Assembly (NCBI GenBank): GCA_032718475.1
Contig: JAUCBJ010002152.1
Location: forward strand, 10,293 to 74,292
Source of the DNA: Nemertoderma westbladi
Lineage: Eukaryota > Animalia > Xenacoelomorpha
Length of the DNA: 64,000 nt
Direction of reading: 5' to 3'
This document shows, piece after piece, positions 1 to 12,589 of this stretch; position 1 is the stretch's first letter, and each line of letters opens with the position of its first letter. The position numbers and the translations under genes are program-made. The notes under the pieces were generated by a model, which was not told where the DNA came from, did no database searches, and was given only the letters and a program-made list of their open reading frames with translations.

Positions 1-10
1 CCCAAAAAAA

Positions 11-125
11 GTACCCAAAAAGACAAAAAAAATGGTTTTAATAAACAATGTATCTACAATAAGATCCTAAATCTTATTGTAGATACATTGTTTATTAAAA
101 ACATTTTTTTTGTCTTTTTGGGTAC
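11..125. repeat. Near-perfect inverted repeat (55-bp arms, 5-nt loop)
   Basis: 11-65 is the reverse complement of 71-125 with one mismatch; loop CCTAA. Confidence 0.9.
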
Positions 126-1017
126 CCGTACTTTTTTTTGGGTCATATTGTGTTTTTTTGTGTATTTTTGTCTGTTTGTCTATATTAATGCCCCCAATCG
201 GGGGCATTAAGGGTCGGAGGTGTTAAGGGTCGCCAATAATTTTAATGGATACTGTGGTAATGCACTTCATAAAAAATGTGATTTTTTTTTCTTTATATTT
301 GGCTATGACATCTCAGCATCTGGTATGAAAACTAATTTCACAGTTTTGTATCAAATGATAGTCCAAAAAAACGAAAATAATCAGAGCTACATAATTCCTT
401 AAGGTAAAGTTTGGTGTGAAACTTTTTCAGTGCTTGCTGAAACTTTTTTTCACTGTGTACATCATATTAATTGCTTTACAATTTTTTTTAGTTGTGGCCT
501 ATATTGTATATATACCTATATGAGAATGTTATTGAGTCACAAGAAGTGTTGAAAACCGAAAATATAATTGGTTTTATCTAAATTTTTTATTTATCAACTT
601 ATCTGGCATATTTTACCTTTTTGGGGGGCATTAAGGGTCATAAATTAATGTAGTCCTAGGGGCATTTGTGCAGGTAACAGGGTAAACTTTGTCAGTTTGT
701 TATGCTACACTTGTAGAATATCTGAATATGGGACAATATACAATATGCTGTAGGAAATATAGGCTATATATTTAGCATATCAATTCAATACTGGTAGGCT
801 CTGTCTTTGTAGCATATATATGTATATTCTATTACTAGTACCGTCAATTCTAGAATGGTGCTCTAACCTTTGCTGTTTAGTCTTCTAGTAGAGTAGGCCT
901 ACCCTGATCCATCCTGCCCCCCTGTCTGCTGGATAGGTTATTTAGAGATTGTGATAGCCCTCTACTTTAAATACAAAGCACTGATAGCATAGCTTACAAT
1001 ATTATAGTGTATATATA

Positions 1018-1890
1018 ATGGTGAAACATTATAAGAAAGGTAAAGCAAAAGGACGCACCGGAGGAAATGATGTTCAGAAAAGGATAAACTGGGCGAATCA
1101 CCCTAGGATTATTAAAGCGTTAGAAGAACATCAAACCGTTAGAAGAACATCAAACCGTTAGAAGAACATCAAACCAACCCGAATTCATCCCTATGGGAAT
1201 TAGCTGTAGTGCACTCGGTTCCATTTAGTGTGCTCCAGAGAAGATCGTCTGGTAAGGTATCTGTGGATGCTACAGTGGGCCGCAAAACTGTTCTAGATAA
1301 GAAGGTGGAAGAATGTTTCGCTAAAGCATGCATTGTATTTCAATCATGGGGATATCCCCTAACTCGGTGTGAATTGCAGGACGCAGTTGAGTTCTACGTG
1401 AATGAACAGGGGGATGATTCACCACCTACTCCATTTATTGATGGACGGCCAAGCAAGGAATGGGTGGAGTCGTTTATGCTTAGACATCCTGAGCTGAGCA
1501 TCAGAAAAATGGAACAGTTTTCCAAGGCTAGAGGACTGGCCATTACACGTGAATTGATAAACGGGTACTACATTGAGTTAGAAAATATAATTGATAAGCT
1601 CAATTTGAAGGATAAGCCAGCCCAGATTTTTAATGTTGATGAAACTGGATTTTCAACAGATCCTGAAGACACAAGGGTAATAGCGAAGAAGGGTTCGAAG
1701 AACGTGAACCAATCTATTGGAGGAAGTGGTCGCGAGCATTGGACTGTCAATGGTTGTGCCAGTGCATCTGGACTGATTCTTCCACCTCAGATTCTTTATA
1801 AGGGTAAAAACTTGTATGTACGATTCACCCTCAATGGTTATCCCGGTATGACGTTTGGAATGTGTGATACTGGCTGGATGAATTACTTAC
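1018..1890 (+). pseudogene. pogo/Tigger-family transposase remnant (CENP-B-type HTH + N-terminal part of DDE_1 domain)
   Basis: ATG at 1018; motifs WGYPLT, PFIDGRPSKEWVESFMLRHPELSIR, QIFNVDETGF, CASASG-ILPP, TGWMN. A 19-bp unit (GTTAGAAGAACATCAAACC) is triplicated at ~1119-1175 and breaks the frame; similarity stops at ~1890. Confidence 0.85.
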
Positions 1891-2314
1891 TGTTCGTATA
1901 TCGTTCAGCAGTTCAGTGCTTTTAATCAAAGCCAGAATTCCGGCACCGGCACCACGACCAACGATTTCGGAAGTAACAGACTCCGTCAACAACACTCGGG
2001 GTTTAAAAAATACAACTATTATCGGCAACTTGTAACTGGGCGATCATCTATCTGATAGTTGAAAAAGACTGTCTGACAGTTGGTATCAGACTGTCTGATA
2101 GTTAGCGCCCCATGGGTAAATCCTTACCCCATGGGCCGTTACCTCTCTGACTGACAGCGCAACAGCCCCTATAGGTATTTTGGAGTATTTTGGGGTGTTT
2201 TGGGGTATTTTGGGGTAATTCGTAGGACCCGTGATACTGTAGATAAAAATTGTAATTTCCTATCAAAACTTACAGACTGAATACCGAAACTGATAGTGCC
2301 CCAGTAAAAAATCT

Positions 2315-2612
2315 GCATTCGTAACGCATGGGATGGCGCATATTTCACGCATTCGTAACGCATTCTGAAATGTTACATAGATGAACCATGCGATACGAAT
2401 GCGAAAACCGAACCAAATACGCATCCTTTATTCACATATCGAATGTAATACGAACCTTATTCGAATCCCGCACATTCTACGAATGCGCCCCTAATCTTAT
2501 ATGAATGTTTCCCGCATACTATACGAATGCATCCCGCATGTTATATACGAATGTTTCCCACGCTATACGAATGCGTTACGAATGTTTTACGAGTGTTATA
2601 CGAATGTTTACC
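2315..2612. repeat. Cluster of ATACGAATG/CATTCGTA repeats in both orientations (MITE-like subterminal repeats)
   Basis: Many copies of (AT)ACGAATG on + and GCATTCGTAACGCAT in inverted orientation. Confidence 0.5.
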
Positions 2613-2907
2613 GCAGGATTTTTATTTTTTTTATTATTTCGCTACAGTTTACATAGTTTTAACAGTTTACAACTGTTAAAACGTGTCCATTTTATTTTAT
2701 TTTTTTGAATATACTTGATATTCCGAATCGAATATGAAAGCCATTTTCAATTTCCCCAAAAAAATGTTCAGATATAATTCAAGAGCACGCAATTTCAGAC
2801 GTAAATCGTTATAGTTCTGATTATTTTATTATCTAGAATATTAATTTCAAGCTTTTAATTAATTTAATTAATCTTATTAATTATTATTGATGGTGTATTA
2901 TTTTTTA

Positions 2908-2950
2908 CAGTACCGCTTTCAAATAACGTCGTATTGGATCCTAATAGGAT
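2908..2950 (+). mobile_element. Terminal inverted repeat of a TA-flanked CAGTA... DNA transposon/MITE; inverted partner at 36340-36382
   Basis: TA|CAGTACCGCTTTCAAATAACGTCGTATTGGATCCTAATAGGA matches the reverse complement of 36340-36382|TA with 2 mismatches. Confidence 0.65.
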
Positions 2951-5299
2951 CCTATTAGGATCCAAGTCACTGATTCACTACTATAGGAGTTAGGATTTAA
3001 TTGGAAATGAAATTTAGCCCAAATGCCAGACTTGGAGGCACTTAGGATTTGACTTGGATTTCATTAGGAATTTACTTGGAAATCGGCGCTTACTTTGATG
3101 TCTGGATGGTGGACTGACTCAACTATGCTTGTGCTGGTCCACTTCTTCTCTATCCTGTCAATCATTAAGTTGTATAGAATGGACTACACTCGGCCTAAAG
3201 TTTGCGCAGTGTTCAGTTCATTACATTGAGGTATGGATATCAATGGAAGATTACACTCCTCCTACTGTACCTTGTGGGGCGAGCCACGAAGTGAGTGAGC
3301 CTTAGCATAGTGGTACCATTAATCAACCTGTCGTTCTGTCGTTCTGTCGCGTTCAATTTTAAACGTTAATAACTCGGCCAATCTTTGATGAAATCTATCC
3401 AAACTTGGTACACATGTTGTTTGGCAAAAGTTTAGAAATTTTCCAAATAGAATTTCCGTGTGGCCTTCGAGAAGCTAAGATAATAGCAGTTAATTGGTTA
3501 ATTAAGTTGATTACGGTAAAAACACCATTTTCAACCTGCCTTTTAAAGGAAATTAATTGTTTTACAGTATAAGATTTAAATAATTATACTTAAAAATTAT
3601 ACAGATGTAATCCACATACGCCATCTCTATTATAGTTTTTAATTAGTTCAAGTGATTTGCTTTAATAATTGTGTCTTTAATTGATCTAAAGTAATTAAAA
3701 CGGCGTAAAAAATTGATTCTCATTAAATACTGCTCATTTATTGGCCAACATGCTGGTACATAGATGGAAGGATGTGTGTTAAGGCATCCAGTTGCTGGGA
3801 ATGATTATTGGTCAAGTCTCTGCTGGTGTGCTAGCTGGGAGTTGTGGCTGTAGACTAACCAGAGAGGAATTGTAATAGGCAACCAGTATTGCTATTCCAG
3901 CCCAGACAGCATTCTTTAAATCCAACATCCCAACATTGACTCTACTATAAGTGTTGTATTGCTATCTCAGGTAAATGACAGATATAATAACATAAATACC
4001 ATCCATGGCATGGCTGTTGTAGGCTTCTGAAATAGTTTATTCCACAATGTATATGTCTGGTTATTTTTTAATTGAATTTTTGCAAAGTAGTAAAATTAAT
4101 GTTCTTAAAAATAATATTATTATTTTATATGTAACCTAGGAAATTAGCTACATTTTTTCGCTGCAGCTTTAAGAGTGTACATTGATTTAATATTATTTCA
4201 ATACCCATATTACTACATCGGCATAAGATGCGTTGGCGTTGTATCACACATCTCCACATATCACACATCTCCACATAGATGTATCAGCAGTTACTCGCAC
4301 AGTTTCGAAACTTCGCATAGTTATAACTGTATAAAGATCGTCAGTCTGCGTTTAGGAAAAATATTTTATGACAAAACAGGACAAGCGACGAGCGCAACGA
4401 GGCATATAATGAAGACGAGTACTGCGTTGACTAAATTATTATATAAACCACCTGGCTTCACATATTGATCGCATCCCTAGTTATTATTATTATTATAAAG
4501 ATCGTCCTAGCCTGCGTTTAAGAAATATATTTAAATACAAAACAGGACGAACCCAAAGAGGCTTATAATGAAAACGAGTACTGCGTTTATTATATTCCTA
4601 TTAACCACCTGGCTTTCCATATTTAACGTGCGATTGGAAATAAGTTCGTGCTACCCTTCCGTGGGTGGTAGATGTCGCGGTTATGTATTGGTGGTTGGGA
4701 AGGGTGGGGGGGGGGGGGGGGGATTAAAAGGGGTGAACACGTACTGTCCCCCTTTCTTTGATTGATTGGTGGTGTGTGTAAATTTCTCAAAACCTGATTT
4801 TGTGATACAGTCGCTCAATTTTAATTTGTATCTAATAACTGGGCCTCGTGCTGCGCGAAGGCCCCACGAACGTGTATTGTATTGCCAGCCTCTGACGTAA
4901 ATAATATTTAAAATATGAACTCTAATAGATGAAATCCACACACATCCGCACATAGTTAACGTCCGTGGGCTGGTGGGCTCTGGAATAATTCGAAATCGTA
5001 TTGAACTTACAAATAAATGTAGGATCACATACTGTATTTATTATTATTGAACATATTTTTTTAGAAATAAAGAGTAAAACAGAATGTTTGTTTAATTATT
5101 AATAGAATAAATATTAGTTTATTTTCATTTATTAGTTTAATTAATAATTAGACAGGGGCTAAAACTGGGCGACTAAATAAATGTATAATATCCACGGGAA
5201 ATTTTCATTTCCTATACATATTGACATTCTGCTTACTATACAAAGACTGCTGCTTGCTGTAAGAGGTTTACAGGGGTAGATCATTGGGTGTTCTATTAT

Positions 5300-6590
5300 G
5301 TTCTATCTTGAGAGACTGCTCCGTGGAAATCAGAATGGGTTCCGTAAAGGTCGTGGAACCATGGAGCCCATTTTGGCACTTAGAAGGATAATTGAAGAAT
5401 TATCAAAAAAGAAAGACAGTCATCTGGCTGTTATCTTTGTTGACTTCTTCAAGGCCTTTGATTCAGTCTCTCGCTCACGTATGTTCAGCATACTTTCATT
5501 ATATGGGATTCCTGATGAAATTATTGCAGCAATCAGATCAGTATACGATGGTTCGACAACATTTGTGTCTACTGTTGACGGTGACACAGAACCATTTGAA
5601 GTGTTATGGGGCGTCCTCCAAGGAGACACACTTGCACCATTCTTGTTCATTATTGTGGTTGACTATGTTCTACGCATGTCCTTAGATCATCATAATGATG
5701 ATGGGGTGATGATAACTCCACCTACTGGCTCCAGAAGTCGAGGAAATCCTGCCAAGTACCTAACTGATCTAGACTTTGCTGATGACTTAGGAGTACTCTC
5801 AGAATCATTAGAGGGAGCCCAACGGCTCCTAAGCTCATTAGAACATGCTGCTTCTAGTGTTGGTCTTTTTATTAACTCCAGAAAGACCAAAATTCTGACT
5901 GTTAACTTTGAAAGTCTCTGATCGGATGAGCATAAGCTCAAAGGATGGTATGCTTGAGCATGTGGACGACTTCTGTTACCTGGGATCATGGATCCGGAAG
6001 TCAGGTGAGGACCTTCGAATACGTAAGGGAAAGGCATGGACAGCCTTGAATAGGCTTTCCAGGATTTGGAAGTCATCGAGAATTTATCGGAAACTTAAGG
6101 TCCGATTATTTAGAGCAGCAGTAGTTCCAGTACTCCTCTACGGGAGTCCATGCTGGGCTCTAACTGCTGAGGACACCAAATCTCTGGATGGCACATTCAC
6201 AAGAATGCTACGCCGGGTTCATTGTGTCAAGTACAATGCACACATCTCCAACCAGACACTATATAACATTGGAGGTGTCTCATTGGTTCCCCCAAGCTTG
6301 ACACTAGAACAAAATCGCCTCTGCTTTGCAGGACATTGCTTTCGCCCTTAGGACCAGCCAGTGCATAATCTTGTACTTTGGCAGCCTCATGGAGTGAATA
6401 AGCATGGTGGACAGCCCATGACTTTCTTGAGACGCATCTTAAAGGACACTGGCCTTAAAGATGCGGATGATCTAGCAAATGTCATGGGTGATAGGGAGTT
6501 GTGGCGGTGCAATTTTGTTGAAAAGCCGGCACAGCATTCTTAAAAATGCAGCTGCAATGCAGCATGCCGATCCTAGTAGTAGTAGTAGTA
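5300..6590 (+). mobile_element. 5'-truncated RTE-clade non-LTR retrotransposon (RT ORF broken by frameshift and stop)
   Basis: RT motifs QNGFRKGR, FVDFFKAFDSV, GVLQGDTLAPFLF, DLDFADD, FCYLGS; (AGT)n tail; TSD GTTCTATTAT at 5290-5299 and 6591-6600. Confidence 0.92.
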
Positions 6591-7737
6591 GTTCTATTAT
6601 AGTCTTAAAAATAAATATGGGTTATTACCTATTAATTATTAGCAGCCCACGGCTGCTTATTCTATTAGCGGCCGAGAAAATGCAAGTCAGAACAAAACGT
6701 TTGGTACCGAGTACCACATTGCTAATAAACTACTAAAGCGAATCAATTTCACGAACCATTTAGCGCTTAAATCTCGTCTGATCGATATAATTTGGAGATA
6801 CTTCATTAGTTTAAACATTACTCAATTGATAATTCTTGTAGCTGGACAATGTGTTGCAGCTATGTCTTAATGATCTGTTGAAACAATAACTCTAATCTCG
6901 ATGATATATGATTTATACCCATAGATAACGACGTATAATGCTTTTATTAATACATATTTTATTTCACTTCACATCCACTCTGGTCCTTTTAATACGCATA
7001 TATTTCATCTAAATTTAAATTTAATACGCATATATTTTATCTCATTCCATATGACATCCAGTCTGTCTCATAATTATTAGCAATGCCCCTTTAATGGAAT
7101 ATTTCTTATCTATTGTACTTTATTTATTGACTCACATTTTAAAATACGTATGTTTTTAACTATTACTTTACCTTTATTACTTTACCTATTACCTTTACTA
7201 TTACTTACTTTTATCTATCTAACTGTATTAACTAAAGTTAATTTGTCAGCATATGTTATCTTTGTTCTAAGTTACAGTATGGTGTAAATTTATATTAATA
7301 AATAATAATAATAATATTATATTAGTTATTATTTATAAATATAATGTAGAACTTCGATCTTGATGTCTTTCAAACAGGTGTCGGAGCAGTTTCTACTGCA
7401 GCTCCTCTTGTAACGAACGTAACAACTACAAAACAAATATATTGAATAACTTATTATTAATAGCTTATTTAAGGCAGTAATTTGAATCTTTGGGCCAAAA
7501 CGTCCGACAAGCCAATCATGTATTTTATTTATTGGGCCGAAACGTCCTAGGCCAAAACGTCTTAGACCGAAACGTCTGTTACCCATTTTACACAAGCCGC
7601 GATACCTTTACTGAGTGGTAGTTAATGTGTCCAGATGTTGAGTTAAAGCCAGTAGTGTGTTCTTTGCATATTTAACATTAGCCTATGGGGAGTATTGTTG
7701 TTGTAAGGGAAATACAACTCAACCACTAGACAAGGCG

Positions 7738-8206
7738 AGTAGTAGAAGAAGAGTGTCCCCCCGCGAACTCCTCCCTAGCCTGGGCTACGGGCTGCATCTC
7801 GGAGGGCTATTAAAAACGTGCTAAATCGCGATGTTTAATGACCATCTGTCACCATAAAAATTGATTCGTGTCGATGCCTTCAACCAATCGTTGCCTATCG
7901 CCTACGCGTAGCCTAACCTCGATAGCTGTTACCAACCGTGAGTATTGATTCGCGTTGTTGCATCAACCAACCATCGCATATTCATCTTCGCGTAACCTAA
8001 CTTCACGATGCATGGCTAGCCCCCACTACGCTATTATATTATATATCGATTGCCAACTCACCACCGCTAGCCACGCACGGCTACTCCTCGACGGCTGTCG
8101 CCAAATCAATCCAACCAACCAAGCAGCCTACCAGTCCAATCCAACGCTATGATACGTGAAATTCCGCCACGTTCCAGCTACACGTATACGGATATTTCCA
8201 TAGTTA
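7738..8206 (+). repeat. Maverick left terminal inverted repeat
   Basis: Reverse complement of 35714-36195 with a few substitutions and short indels. Confidence 0.95.
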
Positions 8207-8243
8207 TTTCCTATCCAGGCAACCAACCACTGTATACTGTATA

Positions 8244-8772
8244 TGTTAGCTTATCCAATTCCGCTAACACAAACCCATAGAGTGAGCCATAAAGCAATAT
8301 TGGGAGCACGAGGTTGATTACCAATCAACCTCGTGTCAGCCCAGTAAACGGGGACAATAGGCCCCAAAGGAGACACACACAATAGGGGTCAGGGGCCAAA
8401 CCCCTAACCGAGAGAGAACACAGGGAGTGAAGGGAAACACTCCAAAGGGTGCCAACAGGGATATCAACCAATCAGAGGGGGGAAAGGCATCGATTGAGTA
8501 GCAATAAGGCCACCGTGCAATATAACCAGTAACCTGTAATCATTCATTCAGTTTACTCAGTCAGATCAGTAGGGTGGAACGGGGACTTCTGTCACCGTCC
8601 GCTACCGCCATTATATATTACCTGTTGTGTCATACTATACTATATCAACTATCAGACTATTATACCTTTATACATATTACCCAACATCAGAACTCTTTTA
8701 CCTTTCACACACGGCGGGGACGCGTGGATAGAAAACCCAACGGATAAACCGGGATCCGCAGATCCCGTCACA
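8244..8772 (+). repeat. 5' LTR (529 bp)
   Basis: TGTTAGC...GTCACA; near-identical to 14396-14924 (two substitutions seen); TATA-like AATATAA ~8519 and Inr-like TCATT/TCAGT ~8540-8552. Confidence 0.95.
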
Positions 8773-8874
8773 GTGACAGAACTAGTTCCGCCCAGCTGCC
8801 CTGACAGTGACAGAACTAGTTCCACCCAGCTGCCCTGAAAGTGACAGAACTAGATCCGCCCAGCTGCCCTGACA
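8773..8874 (+). repeat. Three tandem 34-bp repeats at the primer-binding-site position
   Basis: GTGACAGAACTAGTTCCGCCCAGCTGCCCTGACA-like units start at 8773, 8807 and 8841. Confidence 0.9.
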
Positions 8875-8929
8875 GAGATAGAATAGAGCTACCGTCCTAG
8901 CTAGCGACGACCAGCTACTAAAGACGAAG

Positions 8930-11900
8930 ATGAGTAGAGGAGGAGAAACTACACCGCCGCGGACCCCGGACGACGATCTAACGATCCGCGAGGCCACGGC
9001 GAGACGATACGAACCCACGACGCCGGTCGATGATACGCCGACCACGTCGACGCAGGTTGACTCTATGTCGATAACGAGCAACACGGCGAACCAAGATGTG
9101 GGGGGTCGTCTACCAGGAGAGAGCGAGTCGAGGGAAGGAGACGAGAAGGGAGGAGAAGAGAAAGACGAGTCGACGCGGAGTGAGGGTCGATATACCGATG
9201 TCACCGGTCAGCCACAGGCCGAGGACGACGGACGGTCCACCGGAACGGCAACGGTGGGGCCGTCGGTACGACGTCGGACCCGGAGAGACAGAGGAGAGGT
9301 CGGCGACGAGGACGTCGGGGTTTCTGATCGACTTCGACGGGCCTACAACGCGACCCGGGAACTACTAAAGGAGGCCAAGGAGGGGGCGAAGATAGACGAG
9401 GTGAGACTGAGAAAGCGACTAGGTGAGTCGAACAGATACTTTGATCACCTAGTGTGTTCTGGACAGAGAGAACTAGCAGAGTTGAGGGCGTGGGGAGTTG
9501 CCTTCGAACTGTTTAAACTATGGGAGTGTAGGGGTATGCAGCCTAGTGTAGTGTACATAGGGCCATACTTAGTCGATGCCCGGGGAGTAAGATTAGTGGG
9601 TTGGAAGAGACCGCAGGAGGGCGAATCCGAGGTTAACTCCGAGGATTCGGTCTCGTCGGTCGGAGGGAACCCCGGAAAGCGGGGGAAAGTTGGTAGGACG
9701 GAGGGGCGACGGGAGTCCGTCGCAACCGATAAGTCTGCTACATCCTCCGAAAAAGAAAGACGGGTGCGGAGAAAAAATTTAGAGTATAAATTAGAAATGG
9801 CGGCGGCAGAGCAGAAACGGTTAGAGTGGGAACTAAGGGGTAAAACCGCCGTTTCAGAGAGGTTAGGAGAGTTGGCGAGGGAGTATAGGGAGGGAGTCGA
9901 GGAGCGTATGGAGCGGGAGATGAGAGTAGAGGATGAGCCGGCGAGGCGGTTTGAGATGGTTGCGAGAGGGGTAGAGTTGGCCGTGCAGAGTGTACGAGAG
10001 GAGAGAGAGAGAGAGATAGAGGTAAAGCGTGAGCGGGATGATTTGCATGCCCGCCTAAGGGGGCTTATGCAATATCAAGCCAAACTGAAGTACCGACTAG
10101 AACTGGCGCGGTTGGGACTGTCAGAGAGTGAGACCCCACTTACAGACACCGGGCGAGAGAACCAGAACTGGTGTAGCCGTACGGGCGGGGGGGTAGTAGT
10201 AGTATGTTAGAAGTAGTTAATGTTAATAGTACCGTATTAGATAACCTTAATCCCTTTATTACAGGGAATAATATTTTACCAGGTAGTAGTAATTTAAATT
10301 TAAATACAAATACTCTAAGTAATAATTTCAATTCAAACCCGCAAAAAAATTCGAATAATAATTTAAGTTTAGAGAATAGTAGTGATCTAAGTAATTTAAA
10401 TAATTTAAATAACAATCCCGTTTCAAATTCTAATAATTTAATTGATTTAACAAATAATATTGGGAATGGTGCTATTAATATGAGCGTGTCGGACGTACAT
10501 AACTCAGCAGACGAGGGCCTGGTAGGCCACGTAGTTAGTAGGCAGGAAGTGGCAGGGTTGAGCCAACCCGACGGCGGCCTGGTAGGCCACGTAGTTGGTA
10601 GGCAGGAGGCAGCGGGGTTGAGCCAACCCGAAGTGGGCCTGGTGGGCCACGCAGTAGTAGAGAGAGAGGCGGGGGTGAATAGACCCAGCCGTAGTAGAGA
10701 CAGTGCGTCGACTAGAGAGGGGTGTAGAGACGAAGTAAGAGATAGTGAAGTTAGAAGTGGCGGGTGGGGGGGGGGGGGGCTACGGACACCCCACCGCGAG
10801 AAGTTAGTAGAGAGAGAGGGGGGGCAGAGAGTGTCCCACAGCCGTCAGTGGATAATGCGCGGGCCGAATCAGGTAAACCGCAACACCCGGCGACGGAGAG
10901 TAATAGGGGGATTGCGAGTGTCCCCAGCGGCGTGCGATCGAGCAGAGAGAGGCAGGTTGACGTCGCGAGAGGGCAGACGAAGCGTCGGGCCCGATCAGAA
11001 GAGAGAAGAAGAAGAGTGGAGTTTAACCGGGAGGTCGACGAGAGATCTCACCAGCCGGAATACTGCACTGAAAAGAGAAGAAGAGGAGATAGTAGAAAAG
11101 GTGTCGCCACGAACGATAGGAGTGCGAGGACGGATAACGGTCCGTCGATAGTAGAGATGGAGTCAGGGTGCCAGTGGGGTCGAACTTCGGGAGATTGCCG
11201 TCGCCCCGGAGAAACGCACCGCACGCCAAGAGAGGGGCACAAGACGTACCAATACAGAGTCGAGAACAGGAGAGGGGATCGGAGAGAAGCTTCCCGACGG
11301 GATATAGCTGCCGATCGAGAGTGCAGTAGTCGCGGGGAGATTCGAGATTCGCGAAGAATAAACTTCGGTTCGGAAGGGCACATGCAGACTGCAGGACATA
11401 CTGTAGGCCTTACTGCACATACTATTATAGGCCATGCTGGGAGAGATAGAGTAGGCGATGGGGTAGCGCGAACGACGGGATTAAACCCGGAAGTCGCGGA
11501 GTACATACCGGTAGGTAGGCGAGAAGTGGGTAGGCCTATATCGATACAGCAGCATGACTATAATACACAGGGACATAACATATATCCAGGGGAGGGGGGA
11601 GTTATTGGAGATAGACGTATGGGCCCCAATGTATTAACATCAACCCCAGTACCAAACATACCGACCGGGGGGGGACAGGGTGACATTCCCCCATCACAAT
11701 ATCGACAATATACCCCGATAGGAGCAAGAACATCGAACTCCCTGGACGAGAGCAGGTCGTGCGGACAGTCACCACCACACGCGGCCATACAGGGGACTAC
11801 CAGTCCACGGTTAGCTGGTAGCAGGGCCACACCGTGGTGGGGACAAGAAGAAAATAACACCAAAAATAAACACAATCCCAATATACCCAGTAGGCCGAGT

Positions 11901-12533
11901 CTAGACAACCAAAACATTAAATCGGTACATATAAACCTAAGCGCGATACGTGAAGGACTATACAGGAAACGCTATAATCCGGGATTCCAATGTCAATTAC
12001 ATCGGGACGGAACCCATAAGACCAGGAGTTGCAAGTACTGGCAAGCGTTGCCCAAACGAGATCGTGTAGCCTACACAGACGCAAACGGACTATGTCATCG
12101 ATGTGTGGTAAAAGGACACAGATCCGGAGAGTGTTGGAAAGGGAGAGGATGTGAAAGGACTAAACCAGGGGCAGAGAAGCCCATTAGCAAACATAAGGGA
12201 GTCGGGAAAGTAGAAGGAGGCGTGTTGCATACACACGCAGGGCTGACACAGTGCGAGGGGGCATCACATGGGCAGACACCGCGTATGCCGAGGAACGAGC
12301 GGGGGTCGTCGAGGGCTCTAATGCCAGCGCACATACGAAGGGGGAGGCCAGCAAAGGTAGCACCGAAGAGAGTGTGGCGAAGAGTTAGAGGACGTATAGG
12401 AGGCCAGCAGGAGAGTGCCTACTGGAAGAAGGGGCACGTGAGAGTTTTTAGTCGTCCAAAGTTTTGGACTGAGGGGGGTGGGAATGAGGGCGAGACGCCC
12501 TTCCCACGCACAAAATATAAAATAATTATTTAA
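8930..12533 (+). CDS. gag: Long Gag-like polyprotein (~1200 aa) split into three ORFs (8930-10210, 10204-11151, 10764-12533) by frameshifts in G runs
   Basis: Coiled coil, Asn-rich and Arg/Gly-rich low-complexity segments, then BEL/Pao-type knuckles CQLHRDGTHKTRSC...GLCHRCVVKGHRSGEC. The paralogous copy at 59561-59950 reads through the first junction in frame. Confidence 0.7.
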
Positions 12534-12589
12534 TTAAAAATAATTAAATAATAGAGTAGGTAGAAGTTAGGTAGTTAGTTAGTTAGTTA

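Noticed and set aside
7955-8152. ORFs within the TIRs (also 35761-35970)
   Set aside because: Non-ATG starts, and the frames differ between the two TIR copies because of indels.
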